A DNA stretch of 64,000 nucleotides from Octopus vulgaris (lineage: Eukaryota): assembly GCA_951406725.2 (NCBI GenBank), contig OX597817.1:30194001-30258000 (forward strand), read 5' to 3'. Each line of letters begins with the position of its first letter. Position 1 is the stretch's first letter. The notes under the pieces were generated by a model, which worked only from the letters and a program-made list of their open reading frames with translations, did no database searches and had not been told where the DNA came from. This document shows, in pieces, positions 53,037 through 64,000 of this stretch. The position numbers were made by a program, and so were the translations under genes.

Positions 53037-53615
53037 GGAGGAGGATTATATATATATATTCTGACTTCTAAATATTTGTGGAGACCAAGATATTCAGCAG
53101 AATTTTTAAAGTTTTACAATTTTGTTAGGGTTGCTTAACAGAGTGAGTTAATAAGCTAGAAATATATTTTAAATTTTATTATTACTTAATGAATAAAAGA
53201 TTGCCACCCATAAGTCTGCCAGTTCAACATTATTTGTACTTGATACACTATACACATCATGCCATTAGTTATGGTTTCGGAAGCTGAACCAAAGATAATG
53301 TAAATATTTATTTGGCAATTATATTTTTCTCTTGCTTTAATCAGTTATCTTCATAGTAAATAAAAAGGATGCACTCCGTTTTGAGGTTAAATTTTGAGAT
53401 TAAATTCATTTGAGGTTCAGTAACTGAAACAGATTCTTGTCATGCATTGTTTATTGATTTGTAATATAGGTTCAAAACCACAGATGTGGGTAATATGGAA
53501 TAGGCAATTAAACCGAACATACCCCTACATCACCTCCCACCCCATCCAACAGTCAACTCCTGTTCATTGTGTATATTTGATAATCACAGAACTGGCTAAA
53601 ACTTCATCTTTTTTT

Positions 53616-53756
53616 TTTTGGCTAAGATCAAAGTATAGTATCTGTTCTTATCAGCTTAATATCTGATACGGTCCCTATTTGGGACCATCGATATTAAACT
53701 GATTTTTAGAATGGGGTTGGCCTGGTATAGCAGTACTTCCAGGATTCAGCCCATCT
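53616..53756 (+). pseudogene. U2: U2 snRNA pseudogene or variant
   Basis: It matches U2 over TTTTGGCTAAGATCAAAGTATAGTATCTGTTCTTATCAGCTTAATATCTGATACG, has a perfect stem IIb GGTCCC/GGGACC, an Sm-like GATTTTTAG and stem-loop IV CCTGGTATAGCAGTACTTCCAGG. The 5' end is decayed and stem-loop III is missing. Confidence 0.92.
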
Positions 53757-53763
53757 AAGGAAT

Positions 53764-53936
53764 AGGTGCAGGAGCGGCTGTGTGGTAAGTAGCTTGCTTA
53801 CCAACCACATGGTTCTGGATTCAGTCCCACTGTGTGGCACCTTGGGCAAGTGTCTTCTACTATAGCCTCGGGCCGACCAAAGCCTTGTGAGTGGATTTGG
53901 TAGATGGAAACTGAAAGAAGCCAGTTGTATATATGC

Positions 53937-53979
<43 letters not shown>

Positions 53980-54190
53980 TGTGTGTGTTTGTGTGTCTGT
54001 GTTTGTCCCCCCAACATCACTTGACAACCGATGCTGATGTGTTTGCGTCCCCATAACTTAGCGGTTCAGCAAAAAAGACCGATAGACTAAGTACTAGGCT
54101 TACAAAGAATAAGTCCTGGGGTCGATTTGTTCGAAAAAAGGCGGTGCTCCAGCATGGCTGCAGTCAAATGACTGAAACAATTAAAAGAGT
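53764..54190 (+). mobile_element. SINE family A, immediately downstream of the U2 copy
   Basis: Homologous copy. Confidence 0.85.
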
Positions 54191-56506
54191 ATGTGAAAAA
54201 TAGTAATTCTGATTTTCCTGCAGCTTCACTCTTTTACTTGTAAATTCATTGGATTGCAGTCATTCTGAATCAGCATCTTTGTATTGTTAATCAACCAAAA
54301 TAACCCCAGTATTTATTTCAAGATTGCCAATTATTCTATCATACACTTTTGCTAAACCACTAATTTACATGTCAGTAATCAAACCAAAGCCAGTTGTCAA
54401 TTAGTAGTGTTATATCGCAATACTATACAGTGGCTGTGTATGCTACAAAATCCTCATCACCACTGTTATGTCGCACGTTCGGATGCCTCTGTTACTCAAC
54501 TCGACTCTCTACTACTACAATACTCTATTCTAGTCTTACTACTACTCTACTAACCTCTAGGCTTCTCCCTCTATATCTATGTATTGGGCTAGCCTGCTTC
54601 ATCGTCTTTGGGAAGACAAGCACAAACATGCACACACATATACACACATATACATATATGCATAAACATACATACACACACACACATCCACCACACATAT
54701 AATTAATGGGCTTCCCCACAGTTTCTATTTCTTTGATTTATTTAATCAAAAGGTTTTTATCAACCTGGGTTTAAAACAGAAGATACTTATTTAAGGTGTA
54801 ACACTGGGACTGAATCCAAGACCATATAGTTACGGAAAGAAATTCTCGGCCATTCTGTCATACCAGTACATGTCAACATCCGTAATTTTAATGACCACAG
54901 TTTTATTAGAATATGTCATTCTAGTGACTATAGAGTTATGAAAATTGGCTGCATTTGGAAACCCAGACTTGACATAATTTAGAAATTTAATGATCCCAGA
55001 AGTGTGAGGGTTGGCAATTTTCAATTAAGATCCAGTTCCAACAAATATGAAAAAATGCAACATTCAAATATTATTAGTCTTGGATGTGTCAGAATTGGTA
55101 ATTTTGATGTTCTGAAAGTCATATTTTCTAATATTAATGACATCAAACCTGATCTTTTGATAATCTTTTATTCGAACAATTTTTAATTTTGAGAAGTGAA
55201 AAACTATTGAAATTTCAAATCTGATGATGTTGAGCTAATAGAACTTTACACTGACACCAATTAGGATTTATCAGAATCATCGGTTTTCATGATTTGTCAG
55301 AACAGTGTATTCTTGCTGGAATCTTTCATAACATGGAATAAGTTAGAATTTATAACTTCTGTACAACTAGGCTTTTAGAATTTGTAATTTTGTCCACTGA
55401 TTTGTCGAAAATGTTAACTCTGGTATGTCAAGCATTTGAAATAATATCAAGCATAGATTTTCAATTTCGATGACTCTAGAAGGTTTAGAAGTTAAAATGT
55501 TTATAATCGCAAATTTGACAGAATTCTCAATATTCACTGAGACCACAAATATCTAATGTTGCATTTTTTTTTATAAAGCATTAACGACATTAAATCTATT
55601 GAAGTGTGTAAGTCAATTACTCAGATTTTTTTGCTTGTATTTTTAGCCAATATAGACATACTAAAACAGGTGTATTTAATGTAATCTTGGTTTGTTAGAA
55701 TTGTGAATTTTGATAGTATACAACTGCCTGAATATTACATCACAATAATTTTATAATATTGAGTATCTCTCAAACATTTTGATGTCTTCAACTTTAAATA
55801 AGCTGTTATTTCAGGAATTTGTAATTTTGAGGAATATAATATTGATAGAATTGTAATTATAGTTATTGAAAAATTTGTTGTTATTTTTATATCTAAGAAA
55901 CAGTCATTGAGATCTGTCTGAATTGTTGATTTGTCTTGATGACAATATTGTGAAGTTTCGTGGCTAAACATAGCATTTATGAAATGTAATAATTTTAATG
56001 TTTTGTAGCAGGCATTTTTGTTGTGTAGCTTTCCCAAAACCTTGGGATTTTAGTCCACAAATAATTTTACTTCAGAGTTGAATATTTTCAACAAAAGCTC
56101 TTTAATATATGGGAATAATAAATTTTATTGTAGAATGGGAGCTTACATTATATTTATTGTTTTACCTTAGTTCAACTCCAAAATGAAAAAACCTTTGATC
56201 CAAAGCATTCTATCCATAATTGTCATTTTCTTCTTTTTCAGAGAATGTATCTAGATCTACATTACAGAATTTATCCAACATTTTGAAAGAGAATTGTTGT
56301 ATGAAATTTATTTAGTTACTTTTTCTCATAGATTAAGTTACCACTGGTATGTTACATCCTAAATACTGGTCATAAGTTGTTAGATTCAGTCCAGTTGTTC
56401 AATTATAAAGGTGAAGACATTTGACTCATTAAGCACAACTTACGAATGAAAATATTAAAAATTGATGGGATTTTCAATTGTTCATTTGTATATGTATTTT
56501 TCTTAG

Positions 56507-56647
56507 ATTTTAAATATAAAATCAATCGTTTTAAGGATTTAGCTAGGAGAGAAGCACTACAACTTTCACTGTGGCAAGCCTTACAAGATTATATAGAGAT
56601 TGATGCAGTCAATGTTCAGCATAAACAACTGCACACCAGCGTCAATG
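56507..56647 (+). CDS. Candidate internal coding exon of an unidentified host gene
   Basis: The acceptor is TATTTTTCTTAG and the open frame reads (D)FKYKINRFKDLARREALQLSLWQALQDYIEIDAVNVQHKQLHTSVN. The donor is G|GTAAAA (141 bp, symmetric phase 1) or A|GTAAGA at 56661. I recognise no homolog. Confidence 0.35.
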
Positions 56648-58299
56648 GTAAAACACATGAGTAAGAATGAAATTATATTCAGGGAAGAGTTGGGAGGGCA
56701 GTTATTAGAGGACCTGGGGTGAGAGAAATACAGAATGAGCAATGAGAGGAGGAGAGGTGAGCCTGTTGGGTAGGCTTAGGCTGGAAGGCAAATACTTATC
56801 TCTAAAGTATAGAGGCCATTGTAATATCAGAGTAGGAGACACAATATTCACTGGTTGGAGATTACTGGTGACTGAGTATTTACCAATTAATTATCTAGTA
56901 TTATTTTTTGATACAATTTAAGATGTTTTCTGTGTAATATCTGCTCCATCTAAGATACGAAAGCAGCATTTAGGTGTGGATCTCACTTAAGATTTGTAGA
57001 GATTAAGTAACTGCTCGGACCTAAAGTATTTTCTTATCCCGTAGAAGAAAACTAGTCTATGAGATATTGCTTTTACTGTATCATAAATAGGAGATCTCAG
57101 AAAGATAAACAGTAATGGCAAGGACTTGCATTCGTAGAGGCTTTCAGGATTTCAATTGTCCATTGTCCAAGACTAGAGATGGTTATTTAGAATAAACTTC
57201 AGCAAAACTAAATATTCTTAGATTATAAATATACTAAGAATTAGTTCTAATGATGTGAGGCATTTTATTTAGTTATAGTTATACAGTTTCTTAATTTTAA
57301 TATAAAATTTTCATGTAACAATATTTAGTGTAAGTCTTAGACAATAGACTATAAACAATATCTACTTTCTACTTTATATATCTTGTCCATCAGCAAGTTT
57401 CAATAAGTTCTTGATTATTTGCACATGAATTTTACTTCACATCTTCGTACCTGATCAAAGTAATTTAAGCTGGTGTTTGTTTACACACACACACACACAC
57501 ATGCACATATATGTATTTACACACGTATACGTATGTATTTATTCTATTTGAATATTTGTTTTTCTTTTCAGTGAATCTTTTCATTTAAGCATTACACAAA
57601 TATTTCCCTCTATCTTGAATATTCTTAAAATTATATATATATATTATTGTTTAGATTTGATGTAGTTTTGTTTATATTTTGCGATCGACTTAAGAGTCGT
57701 AAACGTCTCTAAGACATGAATACAAATCTATCAATTCATATGAATTTGGAGTTGTTCCAATAAAAAACAAAATATTTGGAAGTATAAAGAAAACAGTGTC
57801 ATTGAGCAAATGTGGTAAATATGATGGATGAAAAGATTAAAATATAAAAAGAAATGTATTTTATAAACAGCTCATTATTAAAGTTCATTATTGTAAAGTT
57901 ATTTACTATTAGGAAAAATTTCTATACAGAATAGTCAGATTAATCTTTGCAATGTCATGAGTTCAATTTTGATGATATTGTCTTAATCTACAGCGTTAAA
58001 AAGCCATCGGTCCACAGTAATATATATTCAATGAACAGATAACCTGACAGCACCTATTTCCTTTCTAGGCACATTTGGCTGTTAGTTTCTCAGTGAGAAG
58101 CTCTTCAACATTTTGAGATTTTTTTCACTTCATATATGTTTCTCAGTCAGAAAGACAAACGTAGTAGAACGATTTAGTTGCTGACTACCCAACAATGAGA
58201 GTTACATAGTACTAATAGTAGCTATATTACACAATAGGGATGGAGATATAACCCTAGCTCCTTCTATCTATTTGGCTAATTATTTGAAGTAATCTCCTG

Positions 58300-58520
58300 A
58301 AGGCGGTGAGCTGGCAGAAGCGATAGTGCTTATCGGTATTTCCTCTGCCATTACGTTCTGAGTTCAAATTCTACTGAGGTCGACTTTGCCTTTCATCCTT
58401 TCGGGGTTGATTAAATAAGTACCAGTTACGCACTGGGATCGATATAACCAACTTAATCCATTTGTCTGTCCTTATTTGTCTTCTCTGTGTTTAGCCCCTT
58501 GTGGGTAGTAAAGAAATAGG
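58300..58520 (+). mobile_element. SINE family B (left arm of an inverted duplication)
   Basis: Homologous copy. Confidence 0.85.
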
Positions 58521-58957
58521 TATGAACAAAAGTCAGTCAATTCTTTTATTGCTCAATTGTACGATTGTTAAACTGTATTTAACAATAGAAAGAGTATCCA
58601 ACTCTATTTTACTTTAATAATATGCAAATGAAAAAATTTGGAAAATCAGCTTTTCTAATTACTATTATATTAAGATAGATAAGAGTTTCAGGAAACAAAT
58701 GATGGTCATTGATAGTGAAGATTAAATGTGTGTTTAACAAAGAAAACTAATCAGTAGAAAGAAAACTGATTTGACTTTTCTGATTAGACATAAAAATGTT
58801 GACCTGAAATTTATAGCTTCTTTCAAGCAAAGGAACACTGCAAATTGTGAAATTTTCCCTTTTCCCACAATATACAAACTTATTATTGCTAGCATAGATA
58901 AGTGAATGTAAATGTGAACAAATAGATAAATTAGGAACCTGACCGACTTTTGTTCCT

Positions 58958-59451
58958 ACCTATTTCTTTACTATCCACAAGGGGCTAAACACAGAGAAGA
59001 CAAATAAGGACAGACAAATGGATTAAGTTGGTTATATCGATCCCAGTGCGTAACTGGTACTTATTTAATCAGTCTTTTTTAAGGCGGTGAGCTGGCAGAA
59101 ACGTTAGCACACCGGGCGAAATGCGTAGCCGTATTTTGTCTGCCATTACGTTCTGAGTTCAAATTCTGCCGAGGTCGACTTTGCCTTTCATCCTTTCGGG
59201 GTCGATAAATTAAGTACCAGTTAAGCACTGAGGTCAATGTAATCGACTTAATCCATTTGTCTGTCCTTGTTTGTCCTCTCTGTGTTTAGCCCCTTGTGGG
59301 TAGTAAAGAAATAGGTACTTATTTAATCAACCCCAAAAGGATGAAAGGCAAAGCCGACCTCAGTAGAATTTGAACTCAGAAAGTAACGGCAGACGAAATA
59401 CTGATAAGCATTTTTCCGGCGCACTAACGCTTCTACCAGCTCACGGCCTTC
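58958..59451 (-). mobile_element. SINE family B (right arm), interrupted by another B copy on the plus strand at 59071-59313
   Basis: TSD GGTACTTATTTAATC at 59056-59070 and 59314-59328. Confidence 0.85.
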
Positions 59452-59981
59452 AGGAAATTACTTCAGTTCTTCTGTAAATTCCTCTGCTGAATATGTTTCA
59501 TTTTCAGAAAAGAAACAAGGGGTATAGAATAAAAAGTTTACTCCCAATTTCAACAATTAGGCAAATGAGTCATCAAATGAGCCTCTGTGTAGTCACTTGA
59601 CATTCTACTAATAGTAGACAAATGTACCTCAAATCACACCCTACAGTCTTAAACAAAAAGTAAGAATGCATTGGATAATGTAGTCCCAATATGCATAAAG
59701 ATAGGACGATCCATAGCAGTTAATCTTTCATTATAAGCTTACTTGATCAGGACTGAACTGGGGATTAAATAACAAAGTCAACAACATATAAGCAGGTAAG
59801 TTCAAACAGAAAAGCAGAAGAATATTGTTTTAGTTTTCCTTATAAGTTTTCAACTGTGTCTTCTAATATAGATACAAAGCAAAGTTAATATTGGTAGGAT
59901 ATCCCAGGTAACTAATTATTAGTATTATAAGTAAAATCTTGACAAAATTAATTTAATTTCTCATGGCTTTTTTCCCTATGT

Positions 59982-60385
59982 AGGCGTAGGAGAGGCTTGT
60001 GGTAAGTAGCTTGCTTATGAACCACATGGTTCTAGGTTCAGTCCCACCGCATGGCACCTTGGGTAAGTGTCGTCTACTCTAGCCTCGGGCTGACCAAAGC
60101 CTTGTGAGTGCATTTGGTAGACGGAAACTGAAAGAAGCCTGTTGTATATATGTATATATGTATATATATATGTATGTATGTTTGTGTGTCTGTGTTTGTC
60201 CCTCCAATGTCATTTGAGAACCGGTGCTGGTGTGTTTACATCCCCATAACCTAGCGGTTCGGCAAAAGAGACCGATAGAATAAGTACTAGGCTTACAAAG
60301 TCCTGGGGTCGATTTGCTCAACTAAAGGTGGTGCTCCAGCATGGCCACAGTCAGATGACTGAAACAAGTAAAAGAGTAAAAGAGT
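59982..60385 (+). mobile_element. SINE family A
   Basis: Homologous copy. Confidence 0.85.
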
Positions 60386-61108
60386 ATCATTTACATATAA
60401 TGCATAAGACAAATCAATGAGAGGGTTTTTATGTGATCTTTAGAGCTGCTAAAATTAGCAAGCAAATCTATTGCATAGTTCACCTAATCATCTAAATAGA
60501 CTTCAAATACTGGGCAAAGTAGTGTTAAATACCATATGCCAGAGAAGCAGATGGGATGACTGCAGGTAAGATAACAAATGAATGATGAAAATTGAGATGG
60601 ATTTGATTCCTATTTTTAGCAGGTCAGCCAACCACATAGAATTTTCCACATGAGCTCCTGATCTAAATCTCTGTTGTGACTTGAAAAACATGATATGTGA
60701 ATTAATGATATAAAGGGTTAGTCTTTCTACTATTTTTGAGGGTGTACATAGGAACTGGATGTGTCCATCGAATACTTCATATGTTCAAAGAAACATGTAG
60801 CTGAAATTTAAATCTTACTACTCTAAATGAAACTGGTGTGAAAATCTTCACACAGGTAGCATAAAACAGAACCTTTACACAAAGGTATTCCAGATTCTAA
60901 AGTTATGGCAGTGAGCACATAAATAGGGACCAGGGTTGGTACCAAATAAATTTTAATTCATTCTATTTTTGTACTATCAAAAGCTTAACTAATGAGTAAC
61001 TTTTGTTTCAGAAAACAAGTGTAATACTGTTGGGTATCCTGTATATGTGACAATCATCATGCATGGTTTTACTGTGTCATTATCATCCTCTGATAGATAG
61101 AATGTTAA

Positions 61109-61328
61109 CCCTTTCGTTACTGTATTTATTTTGAGATCCTCTGTGTTTCTTTCAATTACTTTAAACATAACAAAGAATTTAGTAAAATAACTTAGTTATC
61201 ATTAAGCTAGTGTTAGGAACATAAATTGTGACTATGGTCTGGGGGAAGACTTTAATTCAAAACTTATGAAAATGAGACATTTGTACTCAGAGTCAGAGGC
61301 GGTTTCAGCCGGGTTGGTATCGAAAGGG
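61109..61328. mobile_element. piggyBac-like MITE (second copy)
   Basis: TTAA-CCCTTTCGTTAC...GTATCGAAAGGG-TTAA. Confidence 0.85.
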
Positions 61329-62569
61329 TTAAAGTGACCATGTTTTCTATGGTCCTCAGTTCTACCTTCTGTGCAGCCACAGCAGCTGTGGTACTGCCAC
61401 AAACCATAAGACCAAAAGAGGGGATGAGTGTAATTTGTCTCCATATCCTCAGCTCACAAGAGATAGCAACATGGTATTCCTTAGAAAATACCTATAATAG
61501 CTTTCCTAAGCTATCCTAAAAATAAGCATGATATAAGCTCTCAAATAAAATGAAAAAGTAACTTTTACTCGCTTTATCTTGCTTGATGAAAGTAAATTCT
61601 ATGCAGATGTTTTATTGCTGCGTAGTACAAAAGTTCATGAAACAATTATGTCCGTTTATTTAGCAAAAGACAGACACAACACCAAAGTTCAATGGCCTCA
61701 GAGCCTGACAAAATCTCAAACATTTCAACCCTGAAGAAAATTTTCCACTTACTAATATCCATAATTATAACACATCTCAACACTTCTCTTAAAAACATAA
61801 GAGACACGATGAAAAATGTCGTCCTAGAGGCACAAAAAAAAAAAAATGGGTGACAGACCGAATATCTTTGATTATTAATCTGCTCAATCAGTGATGACCT
61901 GAGGCTGAACAACAACAACAATTACTATTGCTATTACTTCTACTTCTATTGCCGCTACTGCCATTAATGATGATGATGCTGCTGCTACTGTCACTGATGC
62001 TGGTGCTGATGCTACAAGAAGAGAGCCTTTAGGGATTCACTCGATCTATCATAAATAGCAGCTAAATCACATTTACTTATCTTAAAGAAGCTCACATATC
62101 CAGTCACATAAAAAGGCTGTCACATAAAATGGCAAAGCAAGTAACTCTGAAATGCCTTTGCACATAAGTCTGCTTGATTTGGACTGAAATACTAATAAGA
62201 TGTACTACTAATATGAAGAACTCTGAAATACTCAAACTAGAGAAAATTGGTCAAAAGCATCACAAAACTTAAGCCTTGCTAAATATAGAAGTAATTAAGT
62301 ATTATATGGACCCATCCAGTTCCTATGTACACCCTCAAAAATAGAAGAAAGACTAACCCTTTATATCACTAATTCACATATTACGTTTATCAAGTCATGA
62401 CAGAGATTTAGACCAGGAGCTCATGCGGAAAATTCTATGTGGTTGGCTGACCTGCTAAAAATAGCAATCAAATCCAACTCAAATCACACACTTCTGTCTT
62501 TAAGTGTAGGAAATATTGGATAACATAGAACAATGACCACCATGTTCTTTTCCTATGTGCAGTGAGTTA

Positions 62570-63025
62570 AGTGGAGTGCTAAGAGCACTATCCAAGCGTG
62601 ATCATTGCCAGAGCAGCAAACTGGCTTCCATGCTGGCAGCACATGAAAAAGCATAATTCGAGTGTAATCGTTACCAGTGTCACCTTACTGGCATTTGTGC
62701 CGGTGGTATGTGAAAAAACATTCGAGCGAGGTCGTTGCCAGTACCACTGGACTCACTCCTGTGCAAGTGGCATGTAAAAATCACCATTTGAGTGTGGCCA
62801 TTGCAAGTACTACTTGACTGGCCCTCGTGCCGGTGGCACGTAAAAGCACCCACTACACTATGGGAGTGGTTGGCATTAGGAAGGGCATCCAGCTGTAGAA
62901 ACTCTGCCAGATCAGATTGGAACCCCGGTGCAGCCATCTGGTTTACCAGTTCTCAGTCAAATCGTCCAACCCATGGAAAATGGACATTAAACGATGATAA
63001 TGATGATGATGATGATGATGATGAT
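62570..63025 (+). mobile_element. SINE-like family C, long form like 1282-1740
   Basis: Colinear with the 1282-1740 copy. Confidence 0.82.
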
Positions 63026-63529
63026 GGTGGTGGTCTTGTCATTATTATCAATTTATTCTTATCAATATTTTCTCCTTTTCATACATTTTTGCATCATTAT
63101 AATTTTTTGCCTCGTTCAGATTTTCTTTGGAAAAAGTTATTTGAAACAAAACATTTTCTATTTTTTAGAATATACACCAAAACATAACAATTATATTTCT
63201 GATGGACAATTTATGATTATGTTTTGTTTGCTTAAGAGGTGTGTTGCAGAAATTTAAGATATTCTTTGAATCTGTTGTATTAGTGAATCTATATGAAATA
63301 ATGCAATATTTAAATCTACATTGACTGAAGAATAACAAATAGTTTCAGCTGGAAGGCATGAATATACTATAGAAATTCTAGCTCAAGGCTGTATATAATC
63401 TTTGAAAACTGTTGCCTGAAGACGTAGCAAATTCAGAGAAAATCTTGCTAGCATATTTAAATAGATAGATGGAAAGAGACGTAAATATGAGTTAGATAAA
63501 CAAGCAAATATGCAGCAAGAGAAGAGTAA

Positions 63530-63599
<70 letters not shown>

Positions 63600-63808
63600 A
63601 GGCATGCAATCATGGAAATAAAGAATAAAAAAGAAAAATTTAAATATACATAAAAACAATTCAAACATATGTATATGGGTAGATAGAAAATATACAGCTT
63701 CTCCTCTCATTCTTCCTCTGTCTTTCTCTCTCATTCTCTCTCTCTCTCTCTCTCTTTATAATGCACATACATAAGAAGCACACGCATACACATATATATG
63801 TGTGTATA

Positions 63809-63875
<67 letters not shown>

Positions 63876-64000
63876 AGTGTGTATATATGTGTGTGTAACT
63901 AGGTATATATATATATACATGTACATATGTACTTCCATTTATATATATGTATATATATGTATGTATATATGTATGTATATATATATATATATATATATAT

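Noticed and set aside
54830-56150. Leucine-rich-repeat or Toll-like receptor pseudogene
   Set aside because: No LxxLxLxxN pattern or sustained frame is visible; it is reported only as a cryptic repeat.

Overview
This is 64 kb of AT-rich, microsatellite-dense eukaryotic DNA that looks intronic or intergenic. The SINE families and repeat landscape resemble a coleoid cephalopod, probably Octopus; this is inferred from remembered repeat families and was not searched. No complete host gene is supportable, only a few weak splice-site-defined exon candidates. Transposons dominate: a young-looking, internally deleted Helitron with both termini and an uninterrupted 676-aa ORF (7716-10937), a second decayed Helitron tail-to-tail with it, two short non-autonomous Helitrons, a decayed mariner and two TTAA-flanked piggyBac-like MITEs. 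Retroelement fragments include CR1-like, RTE, R4/Dong-like and Penelope-like pieces (one with a minimal hammerhead-like motif) and about 30 SINE copies in five families. Two RNA pseudogenes are present: a U2 snRNA copy lacking stem-loop III and a 28S rRNA 3' fragment carrying the sarcin-ricin loop and a long insertion. Unexplained structure includes fold-back hairpins in (TA)n, two local inverted duplications, a SINE that repeatedly inserts into its own family at GTA sites, and a decayed ~30-bp-period repeat. Most short ORFs in the track are microsatellite or SINE artefacts. I found no convincing new multi-gene system. Coordinates were read by eye and may be off by a few bases, more so for decayed elements.
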